Below, one piece after another: positions 8,106 through 17,039 of a DNA stretch of 64,000 bases. A model generated the notes under the pieces. The model did not search any database and was not told the DNA's origin. It saw only the letters and a list, made by a program, of their open reading frames with translations. Source of the DNA: a virus; IMG/VR virus record IMGVR_UViG_3300023174_000145, positions 1-64,000 of that record; one strand, given 5' to 3'. Position numbers and translations under genes: made by a program. Each line of letters begins with the position of its first letter. The stretch's first letter is position 1.

Positions 8106-8353
8106 TGGAGATGGGCGGATTTGCACCGCCGTCCTTTATATTTTCCATTATACAGTATGTCAGCAGTTTTGTCTAGCGTTTTTTCTTACTTTTTATACGA
8201 CTTTCTGTTCCTATCTAGTCGTCAGACGGCTTTAGTTTATGCAGCTAAAGCGAGAGCGTTTTGTGTTGCGCCATTTGTTTTTATTTAGTTTTACAAGTTA
8301 CTGTCTTGTGCTGCTGTATAAAGTTCCATATAAAGTCGAAACTATACATCCCC
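8106..8353 (-). ncRNA. ssrA: tmRNA, compact (248 nt), tag peptide (A)GATQNALALAA*
   Basis: 5' GGGGATGTATAGTTTCGAC and 3' GGACGGCGGTGCAAATCCGCCCATCTCCA form an Ala acceptor stem with G3-U70; internal frame GGC GCA ACA CAA AAC GCT CTC GCT TTA GCT GCA TAA ends in ALAA. Confidence 0.92.
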
Positions 8354-8361
8354 AAGATTGT

Positions 8362-8790
8362 TTAGCAATCTAATAGTGGTTGTGGATCAATATCACTTGT
8401 AGTGTTCCAGTAAGGTGTTGTATGAACCTCAAAATGAAGATGTGGTCCAGTTACATTTCCTTCTTTACCAGAAAGAGCGATTACTTGACCCTTCTTTACT
8501 CTTTGTCCAACCTTTACCTTTGCTTCAGAACAATGTGCATAGATAGCCCATACTGGTTTTGTACCAATACCGTGTGTTTTCTTTACTCTATGAACAACAA
8601 GAACTGAATGGTGTCCAAAGTTTGGACCCCAAGGTGCACCTACTGCTACAACCCGACCAGACTTTGCAGCCAATACAGGTGTACCAACCTTACAAGGGAA
8701 GTCTACTCCCTGATGATGACCTGCTGACCAGATCTTTCCAGGCTTACCATAAGGTGTGCCAATCTTTCCATCTTTAATAGGCAATGCCAT
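8362..8790 (-). CDS. M23 family peptidoglycan endopeptidase
   Basis: HQGVD (HxxxD), YAH, TGPHLHFE (HxH). Confidence 0.92.
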   Translation of the reverse strand: MALPIKDGKIGTPYGKPGKIWSAGHHQGVDFPCKVGTPVLAAKSGRVVAVGAPWGPNFGHHSVLVVHRVKKTHGIGTKPVWAIYAHCSEAKVKVGQRVKKGQVIALSGKEGNVTGPHLHFEVHTTPYWNTTSDIDPQPLLDC

Positions 8791-8791
8791 T

Positions 8792-9238
8792 TTACTTTCC
8801 TCCGATTTTTTTAATTAGTTTTGTTAAAGGATTCTTACCTGTATATGAGATAAGATGCTTAGGATCTTTGGATCCGCCAACCTGCCAAAATTGTGTTGGC
8901 TGTGCTTCAAGGTGTAGATGTGGATCATTTCTCTTCATACCTTCTCTACCTACATCAGCGATATGCTGTCCTAGTTTTACCTTATCACCTATTTTTACAT
9001 ATACCGCAGAAACGTGACCATAAACTACATACCATTTTCCGTGTTTTATTACTGGTGCATATTGACCAAAAGATGGTCCCCAAATGCCTACCCCAATAAC
9101 AACACCATCAGCAACAGCGTGTACTGGTGTTCCTATCTTTGCACCAAAGTCAATGCCTTGATGCCAACCACTCATCCACTGGGGACCTCTGGTTCCATAG
9201 GCACAAATAACTGGTGCACCTTTAATTGGTTTTGCCAT
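8792..9238 (-). CDS. M23 family peptidoglycan endopeptidase (tandem paralog)
   Basis: HQGID, YGH, PHLHLE; start trimmed to MAKPIK after an AGGAG RBS. Confidence 0.92.
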   Translation of the reverse strand: MAKPIKGAPVICAYGTRGPQWMSGWHQGIDFGAKIGTPVHAVADGVVIGVGIWGPSFGQYAPVIKHGKWYVVYGHVSAVYVKIGDKVKLGQHIADVGREGMKRNDPHLHLEAQPTQFWQVGGSKDPKHLISYTGKNPLTKLIKKIGGK

Positions 9239-9283
9239 AATAATTCTCCTTTTACTAAGTTCAATTTTATTATAACATATTTG

Positions 9284-9356
9284 CACCCCCAGAGAGATTC
9301 GAACTCCCGACCTGTAGGGTAGAAACCTATCGCTCTATCCACTGAGCTATGGGGGC
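9284..9356 (-). tRNA. tRNA-Arg(UCU)
   Basis: Anticodon loop TTTCTAC; T loop GTTCGAATC. Confidence 0.9.
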
Positions 9357-9360
9357 AAAG

Positions 9361-9434
9361 TGGGGTGTGTGGGACTTGAACCCACGACTGGCAGATTATG
9401 AGTCTGCTGCTCTGACCTACTGAGCTAACACCCC
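9361..9434 (-). tRNA. tRNA with CAU anticodon (elongator Met or Ile2)
   Basis: Anticodon arm GCAGA-CTCATAA-TCTGC; G1-C72 paired and no triple G-C, so not an initiator. Confidence 0.9.
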
Positions 9435-9440
9435 AAGCAA

Positions 9441-9665
9441 TTAGTTGCTTGAAGATGATTTCTCGTTGATATATTGTCTTTCGTCAATAATTTCATATGC
9501 AAATTTTTCTAATGCTTTTTCATTCTCAGCATAGTCGTGTCCACAAAAATAAAGTTCTCCGCTCACACCTTTAACAATAACGAACGCCTGTGAGCCACAC
9601 TTGTCGCAACGATCTGCGATTTTTAATTTACGTTCATTTTCAGTAGTTTCCATTATAGTATTCAT
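9441..9665 (-). CDS. Small zinc-binding hypothetical protein (actinobacterial type)
   Basis: DRCDKCGSQA...GEL.FCGH motif. Confidence 0.7.
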   Translation of the reverse strand: MNTIMETTENERKLKIADRCDKCGSQAFVIVKGVSGELYFCGHDYAENEKALEKFAYEIIDERQYINEKSSSSN

Positions 9666-9693
9666 TATACTCCTATGGTAGTAGTGGTTAAAA

Positions 9694-9730
9694 GAGGAAG
9701 TGGACTGTCGTGAGAGAAATCCACTTCCTC
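9694..9730 (-). terminator. Hairpin / intrinsic terminator downstream of gmd
   Basis: GAGGAAGTGGA...TCCACTTCCTC 11-bp stem followed by TTTT on the minus strand. Confidence 0.55.
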
Positions 9731-9762
9731 TATAAATATATTATAGCACTTTTATATAGAAA

Positions 9763-10773
9763 TTACAAGGATTTTGTAATACTTTTACACATATCTTCCA
9801 CAAGTTGCTCAAAAGATAGTTTAGGTTCCCATCCAAGCTTTGTGATTGCTTTTGAGATATTGCCAACTAAAAGATCTACTTCTGCTGGTCTAAAAAACTG
9901 TGGGCTAATTCGAATAACAGTTTGTCCTGTATTAGTATCAATACCTACTTCATCTAAACCCTCACCCTGCCATTCAATATTCATACCAAAATAGTTTGAT
10001 GCGATATTAATAAAGTGCCGTACTGAATTGGTTTGACCTGTTGCAATAACAAAATCATCTGGTTCATCTTGTTGGAGAATCATCCACATAGCCTCAACAA
10101 AGTCTTTAGCGTGACCCCAATCACGCATAGCATCAATGTTGCCGAGATACAAACAATCTTGTTCTTTATTTGATATAGCGTGTAAACCCTTTACAATCTT
10201 TTGTGTAACAAAGTTATCACCACGCCGAGGTGATTCGTGATTAAAAAGAATTCCAGAACAAGCAAACATTCCATATGATTCACGATAGTTTTTTGTAATC
10301 CAATAAGCATAAAGCTTTGCTACACCATATGGAGAGCGTGGATAAAAGTCTGTTGTTTCTGATTGCGGTATCTCTTGTACCTTACCAAACATTTCAGATG
10401 TTGATGCCTGATAAAACTTTGTATTAAGACCAAGTAATCTAATAGCCTCAAGAATACGAAGTGCTCCTAATGCATTAATATCTGCGGTTGTTTCTGCAAA
10501 ATCAAAAGATAGACCAACGTGTGACTGTGCACCAAGATTATAAATCTCATCTGGTTTAATTGAATCAATAATGCGTGTAAGAGATCCAGAATCTGTTAGA
10601 TCTCCATCGTGCATAAAAAAGTTTGGTGTTCCAATTAGGTGATTAATTCTACCACCATTTGGAGTAGATGTTCTACGATTAAGTCCGTGAACCTCGTATC
10701 CTTTTTCTAAAAGAAACTCTACAAGATAAGAACCATCTTGTCCAGTAACTCCAGTGATTAATGCTTTTTTCAT
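9763..10773 (-). CDS. gmd: GDP-mannose 4,6-dehydratase
   Basis: [46 protein letters not shown]. Confidence 0.97.
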   Translation of the reverse strand: MKKALITGVTGQDGSYLVEFLLEKGYEVHGLNRRTSTPNGGRINHLIGTPNFFMHDGDLTDSGSLTRIIDSIKPDEIYNLGAQSHVGLSFDFAETTADINALGALRILEAIRLLGLNTKFYQASTSEMFGKVQEIPQSETTDFYPRSPYGVAKLYAYWITKNYRESYGMFACSGILFNHESPRRGDNFVTQKIVKGLHAISNKEQDCLYLGNIDAMRDWGHAKDFVEAMWMILQQDEPDDFVIATGQTNSVRHFINIASNYFGMNIEWQGEGLDEVGIDTNTGQTVIRISPQFFRPAEVDLLVGNISKAITKLGWEPKLSFEQLVEDMCKSITKSL

Positions 10774-10788
10774 TTAAATCCTTATCTA

Positions 10789-10819
10789 AAAAGCCCCCAC
10801 AGTAATCCTGTGGGGGGGC
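10789..10819 (-). terminator. Intrinsic terminator
   Basis: CCCCCACAG-GATTA-CTGTGGGGG stem followed by C-TTTTT. Confidence 0.75.
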
Positions 10820-10825
10820 AATTAA

Positions 10826-11167
10826 TTAGTTTGCAGTTTTCTTAGAAGCAGTTTTCTTAACTGGCTTAACTTCTTCTGCTGGTGTCTCAGGGATTTCTGT
10901 TTCAACCTGCGGATCACCAAATACAGCAACTAGAACGTCATAAGATTCTTCAATCCAATTACGAGCAGTATCTGTTTTTGCTTCAATGTCTCCATTGAAA
11001 AGTGCTAGTGCGATTGCACCAGCCATATCGTGCCGATTGAAGATGGTACGAAGAACTGCTGGATACTCATTGGTAGTATCAAACCCTTCTTCTAGGTCAT
11101 CATAACGGCGGTAGTACGATGTTGCCACATAAGCAACCTTGCTATCAAATGTTGTATCTTTTGTCAT
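10826..11167 (-). CDS. Hypothetical protein
   Basis: 113-aa ORF behind a consensus promoter; Lys-rich tail. Confidence 0.7.
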   Translation of the reverse strand: MTKDTTFDSKVAYVATSYYRRYDDLEEGFDTTNEYPAVLRTIFNRHDMAGAIALALFNGDIEAKTDTARNWIEESYDVLVAVFGDPQVETEIPETPAEEVKPVKKTASKKTAN

Positions 11168-11173
11168 ATGTAT

Positions 11174-11202
11174 ATATTATCCTATTTCTGATCGATTGTC
11201 AA
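11174..11202 (-). promoter_or_regulatory. Promoter TTGACA-N17-TAATAT, leaderless
   Basis: -10 ends 6 nt before the ATG at 11167. Confidence 0.7.
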
Positions 11203-11216
11203 TAGTTTTTTAACTA

Positions 11217-11576
11217 TTATTCTTCTATATCTTGTGGTAAATCTACTTTTTTCATAGACTTAATATTGTTCCACTTTTGTCTTGCAAATGAGAAACCTGC
11301 ATCGCCACCCCAAAGATCCCAAGCAACTCTGCCTGGACTTGGATAGCCTTTTTCTCCAGCATTAAAGCCTTCAGCTTTTTTATCAACTTCGTGGCGGGAA
11401 AAGAAAGAAAACATTCTAGCAATAGTAGATTCACTTAATGATTCACCATTTACTATTTGATTTGCTCTAGCAAGACCTACTGATGTTCCACCACGCTTAC
11501 CTTCTTTATGCCATTTTAATGCTCTTGCAGCAGCAGTTTTCATACCTGCCGTTGCCTTATATCCATTTTCTGCCAT
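11217..11576 (-). CDS. Conserved phage protein (head-associated module)
   Basis: GGTSVGLARANQ...RMFSFFSRH...GYPSPGRVAWDLWGGDAG motif familiar from phage head-module proteins. Confidence 0.7.
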   Translation of the reverse strand: MAENGYKATAGMKTAAARALKWHKEGKRGGTSVGLARANQIVNGESLSESTIARMFSFFSRHEVDKKAEGFNAGEKGYPSPGRVAWDLWGGDAGFSFARQKWNNIKSMKKVDLPQDIEE

Positions 11577-11588
11577 AACTATATTATA

Positions 11589-11933
11589 TCAGGATTTCTG
11601 CCTAATATAATTAATTAGGCTTCTTTGTTGCTTTGTTAGGCTTTCTAGATTACAAGAATATGTATTATTATTTGGCATAACAATCCACTCATTAATTTCT
11701 TCCTTGACCGTCATATCTATAAGCCCCATATTCCAAAGCTGAAAAATCACTTCATTTGTTTCTTTAATTTGTTCTTCATAAAACTCTGGAAAAGTAGATC
11801 TAAACTTTTTGGTGGTTTGATACAATGGTTCATCGTTTTCATCATAACCCATTTTTATTAAATACCCATCTTTGACAAGTTGATTAATTATTTCAGTCAT
11901 TTCATCATCGTCATTATTAAATACATCAAACAT
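11589..11933 (-). CDS. Hypothetical protein (possible winged helix)
   Basis: 114-aa ORF coupled to the terminase stop. Confidence 0.6.
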   Translation of the reverse strand: MFDVFNNDDDEMTEIINQLVKDGYLIKMGYDENDEPLYQTTKKFRSTFPEFYEEQIKETNEVIFQLWNMGLIDMTVKEEINEWIVMPNNNTYSCNLESLTKQQRSLINYIRQKS

Positions 11934-13726
11934 TAGACCATCCCCATTCTACTTAAATACTCTCCAAGGTCTTGAGTGGTTTCACTTATTTTATGCCTAT
12001 ATGGTGCTTCAATAACATTGTCTCCAGATTGCTTTATTTCATTTACTTTAAAGTCTCCAAAACTATGTATTTCTATTTCTCTTTCACCCACATTTTTTGG
12101 AGTACCTGCAATAGCATTATAGATTGATCCACAAACAGCATCTGCAAGATCTTTAGAGCCTTTTCTTGGATGATCGACTTTATCTCTAATTAATCTTAGT
12201 TGTAATAATTCTTCTGTTAACAGTGGAATAGCTGGACCAAGTATTCTTTCTTCCGCCACAAGCATAGCCATATCCTCATAATGTTTTTTGGCAACAGATA
12301 ATGTTTCAGTATTCATACCCAAAGATTTTAGTTCATTCATAATATCTAAACTATTCCATCTATCAAATGTTACCTTACGAATGTTAAATCCTCTAGCCCT
12401 AAGTTCTAGAATATAATTTTTTACATCTTTAAATTCTACAGTTTTATCTGCGGTTGGTGTCCACCATCTAACAGCATCTACAACAACATATGGATTAACA
12501 ACATCGTAATCATTAAATGTATTTACCTTTACCCATTTATCAACGTGTGCTAAAGACACCGCACAGTGATCGTGCTTTTGTGCAAGATCAACGTGAACAA
12601 AATATTGTTTTTCTGGATTTGGTTGGAACCATTCTGCAAATCTACCCTCATCATTTACAGCAAGACTAGGACTTCTAAAACAAGCCTCAATCTTTTCTTT
12701 TGAACGGAAGAAAGCATCTACAGCATCTGGTGGCATACAAGCAAAACGAGAAAGGGCATCAATAGGGTTGGTATAGAAGGCAATCTTAAAATCCTCTATT
12801 TTTCTAGTAGGATTAATCTCCCAAGTTGGTCTGCGTAAAGCAAAAACTTTAGGAAAATGATAAGACTCAATTATGTCTTCTTCCCACTGGACAGTAAAAT
12901 AATTGTCTTCTCTGTCTTCTTCTATGTCTTCATCAAGTTTAAAAGTGTGTTCTCTTGTAAGAACATCTTTTGTTGCCACCACCGCATTGTATCTTTGCTG
13001 AATATAATCATTACGATAACGAGGAAATGAAAGCAGAACTACTTTACCAAAATCTGGAAAGCGGGAATCTACAGATGCACGATACATATCATACAGACCC
13101 TGAGCGGTTTTAGCTTGGTCGTGACCAGACGTAGACTCTGTAGCAAAACCAGAAATCTCATCAAGAATTACACAGAGTACGTTATAACCTTCCCAAGACT
13201 CTCTTTCAGAGTGACCAGAGTGACAAGTAATATTTTTATCAAACTTAATAGCACCAGCGGTTGGTGTATACTTTCCTAAAAACCAAGGGGACTTTTCAAT
13301 TCTAGTCTTAAAGCCCTTAAAGAAAACATTCTGTGCCTGTTGAGCATTGATAGCGATATTAAGAATATCAATAGAGTCGCCTGGAGGCTTGCCATAATAT
13401 TTGGCTGGATCTTTAAGACATAACAAAAGATAAACCATATAGGTAACAGCGATGGTAGACATATAATCTTTACCAGAACCTTTACCAAGTTGAAGGATTA
13501 CTTCATTGCAAGTTTGCTTCCATCTTTTATTACCTTCATCTTCACCATAAAGATTAAGCAATGTTTGTTTTTTATAAATCTGACTCATAGCACGAATAGA
13601 TTGATACTGATAATCAGATAGCGGTGGTAGACCAAGATATTCATCAGACACAACAAACTCTTCTAGCATAACTGGTTTTTCATCAAACTCGTCACCGCCG
13701 AGAAGGTCTAGTACGTCTTCAAACAT
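11933..13726 (-). CDS. terL: Terminase large subunit
   Basis: Walker A LGKGSGKD, Walker B VILDE, nuclease motifs HVDLA, FDRWNS, DHP..GSKDLADA. Confidence 0.92.
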   Translation of the reverse strand: MFEDVLDLLGGDEFDEKPVMLEEFVVSDEYLGLPPLSDYQYQSIRAMSQIYKKQTLLNLYGEDEGNKRWKQTCNEVILQLGKGSGKDYMSTIAVTYMVYLLLCLKDPAKYYGKPPGDSIDILNIAINAQQAQNVFFKGFKTRIEKSPWFLGKYTPTAGAIKFDKNITCHSGHSERESWEGYNVLCVILDEISGFATESTSGHDQAKTAQGLYDMYRASVDSRFPDFGKVVLLSFPRYRNDYIQQRYNAVVATKDVLTREHTFKLDEDIEEDREDNYFTVQWEEDIIESYHFPKVFALRRPTWEINPTRKIEDFKIAFYTNPIDALSRFACMPPDAVDAFFRSKEKIEACFRSPSLAVNDEGRFAEWFQPNPEKQYFVHVDLAQKHDHCAVSLAHVDKWVKVNTFNDYDVVNPYVVVDAVRWWTPTADKTVEFKDVKNYILELRARGFNIRKVTFDRWNSLDIMNELKSLGMNTETLSVAKKHYEDMAMLVAEERILGPAIPLLTEELLQLRLIRDKVDHPRKGSKDLADAVCGSIYNAIAGTPKNVGEREIEIHSFGDFKVNEIKQSGDNVIEAPYRHKISETTQDLGEYLSRMGMV

Positions 13727-14241
13727 TAGATAGGCTCTGCCTTATTATTAATCTTAGATAACCTTTCTGCCACCTGCATTTTACAATGATCACAATCAGA
13801 AACAACGTCACGAATAACTGACATAATTACTTCTTGTTTTTCTTCAGACTCAATAATTCTTTCTGCCATTTCATTGTTATCCAGCATACCTGCTTTTTGT
13901 AGCATATCTATTTGCTTTTGCTGAATATCAGCAATTAATTTAAGAGCAGTAGTTTTTTGATTTAGTTGTGCCGATTGTGTTGCTTCTTCGACAACAGACC
14001 AAGCCTCTTTAATAAGCATAGAGTAATGCTGATCAGCTCCTGTGAGAGCCTCTCTAGCACGAATCTGAACCTGTCTATCGCTTTTAATAACATAACGCCA
14101 TTCCTCTAAGTATTCAACAACGTCTGCCCTTTTAAAACCAGTTAACTTGGCAATATCAGTAGGGTTTGTGTTACCCTTCAAAAATTCGGAAGCAACAACA
14201 TTGATGCGTTCCCAGCGGTCAGCAAGTTCTAATTCAGACAT
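13726..14241 (-). CDS. Probable terminase small subunit
   Basis: N-terminal HTH (PTDIAKLTG), helical; directly upstream of and coupled to terL. Confidence 0.65.
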   Translation of the reverse strand: MSELELADRWERINVVASEFLKGNTNPTDIAKLTGFKRADVVEYLEEWRYVIKSDRQVQIRAREALTGADQHYSMLIKEAWSVVEEATQSAQLNQKTTALKLIADIQQKQIDMLQKAGMLDNNEMAERIIESEEKQEVIMSVIRDVVSDCDHCKMQVAERLSKINNKAEPI

Positions 14242-14503
14242 TTTTCTTTTTCCTTTTTCTCTTAGGTTTAATTATACCCTTTAATTGTTCTGGATAAAAG
14301 GAACGGTATCCAGTAGGACCAATAACATCAATCCATTCTGTTCTTGTTTTTGAATTAATTACATACTTCTCAAACTTATATATTCCACGTTCGTATTTGA
14401 TCTTTACTTCTGTTCCTGGAACGAGAATATCTTTTCCGTGTTTATATTCATACCAAATAGTCCAATTAGGATTATATTGGATTTCTATCTTTTTCTTAGC
14501 CAT
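14234..14503 (-). CDS. Hypothetical protein (SH3-like)
   Basis: Start trimmed to MAKKKIE; EWIDV...YRSFY motif. Confidence 0.6.
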   Translation of the reverse strand: MAKKKIEIQYNPNWTIWYEYKHGKDILVPGTEVKIKYERGIYKFEKYVINSKTRTEWIDVIGPTGYRSFYPEQLKGIIKPKRKRKKKNV

Positions 14504-14504
14504 T

Positions 14505-14681
14505 TTAGCCACCTGTACTGTAAAATCCTGGACCATTAAATGTAATGGTAGGAGAGTTGAATGTTCTTTTCATTGGTTTTGAGCATTGCTCACATAAGAC
14601 TTCATTGTCTCTTTCATCAACAGTTCTTTTTAGTTCTTGTGATGAATCACAATCACCACAAACATACTGATATGTTGGCAT
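14505..14681 (-). CDS. FmdB-family zinc ribbon protein (58 aa)
   Basis: Manual translation MPTYQYVCGDC...CEQC..PMKR......FNGPGFYSTGG. Confidence 0.85.
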   Translation of the reverse strand: MPTYQYVCGDCDSSQELKRTVDERDNEVLCEQCSKPMKRTFNSPTITFNGPGFYSTGG

Positions 14682-15025
14682 TAAATATCTTCCTTAAGTT
14701 GATTTTTAATTGCTATCTTTAATAATATTAAATACCCTAGAATATCATCTACAGCATCAATCATACCCTCATTTTCAAAGGTCTGATTATTCTTAATTCT
14801 ATTTAGTTTATCGTCAAGTCTTGCTGATAACTGCTCTACCGCCGTACCTTTACTAAAAATAGATGCAGGATATAGAGCAGAGTTTCCATAAGAGATATTT
14901 TTTTGGATCAGCATCTTAGTAACATATATGGCTTCTGCAAGGATTTCTTTACCTGCTGGTGCCTCTAGAGCAAACTCAACTAGGTCATTTAATCCATAGT
15001 CATTCTTGCCATTATACTCATACAT
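14681..15025 (-). CDS. Nucleotide modification-associated domain 1 (Nmad1/DUF1599-like)
   Basis: KNISYGNS...RLDDKLNRI...D...D..GY motif. Confidence 0.7.
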   Translation of the reverse strand: MYEYNGKNDYGLNDLVEFALEAPAGKEILAEAIYVTKMLIQKNISYGNSALYPASIFSKGTAVEQLSARLDDKLNRIKNNQTFENEGMIDAVDDILGYLILLKIAIKNQLKEDI

Positions 15026-16055
15026 TATTTAACTCCTTATTTATCTTTTTAATTCTAGGGATATGATATTGCTCTACAACACTTTCCCAATTCCATTTTC
15101 TATGAATGTCAAATGACTTTAAAAATGACTCTTCTATGTCGCTCAAGTGATTTTCATAAGCCTTCCTCATATTATACCGCATAGATTCAGTTTTGGGAAG
15201 ATATTTTTCACCAAAATATATTCTTTTTAAACTTTCATCTATAATATTTTCCTGAGCATCTACAAGATCACTATCTATTTTATATTTAATATCATCTTTA
15301 TATTCTGCCCATTCCCAAGTTGAAATAACTGGAATGCCTGTTGCCATAGCTTCAAGGGGTATCATTCCAAATCCTTCGCCCCAAGAAGGATAAACCAAAC
15401 AGTTAACTCTATGTAATATTTTAAGATATTCATTTTGAGTAATATCATTTTCAATGATAATTATATTTTTATAAATTTCTCGGGGATCTACTAAACTACC
15501 GTTTCCATCATCAATTCTTATTGTATGCCCACCTTCATATGCTTTGATTAAAAGTATAACATTTGGATCGTGACCAAATTCTTGAATAAAAGCATCTACA
15601 GTTTGTTGACCACCTTTTCTAACTGATGGTTCTCCACAATGAAAAAAAATAAATTTTTCAGTTACTCTTCTTTTTGCTGGCAACCAATGCCCAGAAACAC
15701 CAAGAGGCATAACATAGACTGGTCTATCTACAGTTTTTCTAAAAGTATCTGCAACCCAAGTTGAAGATGCCCAAACTTCATCTGCTTTATTTAAACATTT
15801 AGTCCATTTATCAGAAAGCATAGTTGTTTCGTGACAAGAATATAAAACATTATATGCACCAGAAAACATTATATGAAGCTCTGGATTGCTATAGGATATG
15901 TTTAATGGAATATTTGGGTTTGCGACTGCAACAGTTATATCATTTTTTTCCATAGCATTAATCATATATTTTGCAGATAAAGCATATCCAGTTATTGGAT
16001 CTTTATATTGCTCTAGTTGAGTAACACCAGAAAAACTTATTATTTCTTTTTCCAA
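15018..16055 (-). CDS. GT-B (GT4-like) glycosyltransferase
   Basis: TGYA, HETT, RKGG, YPSWGEGFGMIPLEAMATGIPVI; start trimmed to TTG because a separate HTH gene occupies 16040-16204. Confidence 0.9.
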   Translation of the reverse strand: MEKEIISFSGVTQLEQYKDPITGYALSAKYMINAMEKNDITVAVANPNIPLNISYSNPELHIMFSGAYNVLYSCHETTMLSDKWTKCLNKADEVWASSTWVADTFRKTVDRPVYVMPLGVSGHWLPAKRRVTEKFIFFHCGEPSVRKGGQQTVDAFIQEFGHDPNVILLIKAYEGGHTIRIDDGNGSLVDPREIYKNIIIIENDITQNEYLKILHRVNCLVYPSWGEGFGMIPLEAMATGIPVISTWEWAEYKDDIKYKIDSDLVDAQENIIDESLKRIYFGEKYLPKTESMRYNMRKAYENHLSDIEESFLKSFDIHRKWNWESVVEQYHIPRIKKINKELNNV

Positions 16056-16204
16056 GACCTTTGATCCCTTACTAATCCAAACTCTACTAAATATCTGTAG
16101 ATAGTTTGATGACTTGTACCACATTCTTTTGCAATATCATCAATACTCATTCTATCAACTAGATACCGTTTTGTCAACCATTTTTTAGACTGATATAGTT
16201 TCAT
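16040..16204 (-). CDS. Small HTH DNA-binding protein (54 aa)
   Basis: Manual translation MKLYQSKKWLTKRYLVDRMSIDDIAKECGTSHQTIYRYLVEFGL. Confidence 0.8.
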   Translation of the reverse strand: MKLYQSKKWLTKRYLVDRMSIDDIAKECGTSHQTIYRYLVEFGLVRDQRSWKKK

Positions 16205-16771
16205 TTATCTCTCCGTCAAGTTCTTATATGCATAATAAGCAATACCCATAGAGTCACCGACATCATTATCGGTTACATCTACTCCATAATTATTGATGAA
16301 ATAGTCCATAGTTTTTTGCTTCCGCCGATTTCTCATCTCTGCTTTATACCAAGAAACGCTTTTTCCTGGAATCTCTTTTTCAAGTGCTGCCTTGTCTGCC
16401 TTTGTTGGATTTTTATTGCCAATAAATGCTTGCCACTGAACAGGAGCAACAGTGATTACCTTTGTGTGCGGGCGCAAAAGTCTAGCAAGAACCGCACCAA
16501 CAATCATAGCAATCTTTAATCCAGCATCAGCAGACCTAACCATTATAGCAGATTCGACTGCAACATAGTCTGGTTCAACAAGTGAAGCAATTACTTGTGC
16601 TTTTTTATTTGCATCTTTGATCTTTTCATAAATGTCAGCACCCTCTATTGGAAGCTTTCCAAACTTTACTGGATTACCATCTTGAAATAAGCAAAAGGCA
16701 ATAGATGCCGTTGATGCATCTATACCTAATACTTTATTTGCTTTAGTTTTTGCTAATTTTGCTAATGACAT
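16205..16771 (-). CDS. ruvC: RuvC-like Holliday junction resolvase
   Basis: VLGIDAS, VAVE, W...G, DNDVGDSMGIA acidic tetrad. Confidence 0.82.
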   Translation of the reverse strand: MSLAKLAKTKANKVLGIDASTASIAFCLFQDGNPVKFGKLPIEGADIYEKIKDANKKAQVIASLVEPDYVAVESAIMVRSADAGLKIAMIVGAVLARLLRPHTKVITVAPVQWQAFIGNKNPTKADKAALEKEIPGKSVSWYKAEMRNRRKQKTMDYFINNYGVDVTDNDVGDSMGIAYYAYKNLTER

Positions 16772-17039
16772 TTAAAATCTCATCCCTTGCTATATTTGCT
16801 TTATTTTTCTTTTTTGCAGTCTGACAGTCTTGACAGATTACATCTGGATTATACCGACTTAACTTATTGCTACAAGTAGAACAAAGTCTTACTTCACCAG
16901 CAAGCCTAGCTTTTTTGGCATAATATTTTTCCATAATCTTTTTATTTGTTGATAACCTACAGCAATCTTTTGAACAATATTTTTGATTATGTGTTTTGTA
17001 TTCAAACTGATTGCCACACTGAATACAGGCTTTGGTCAC
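16743..17039 (-). CDS. Zinc-finger hypothetical protein
   Basis: Four CxxC-type pairs including KYCSKDC. Confidence 0.65.
   Translation of the reverse strand: MTKACIQCGNQFEYKTHNQKYCSKDCCRLSTNKKIMEKYYAKKARLAGEVRLCSTCSNKLSRYNPDVICQDCQTAKKKNKANIARDEILNVISKISKN

Noticed and set aside
8103-8288. 61-aa plus-strand ORF
   Set aside because: Antisense to the tmRNA
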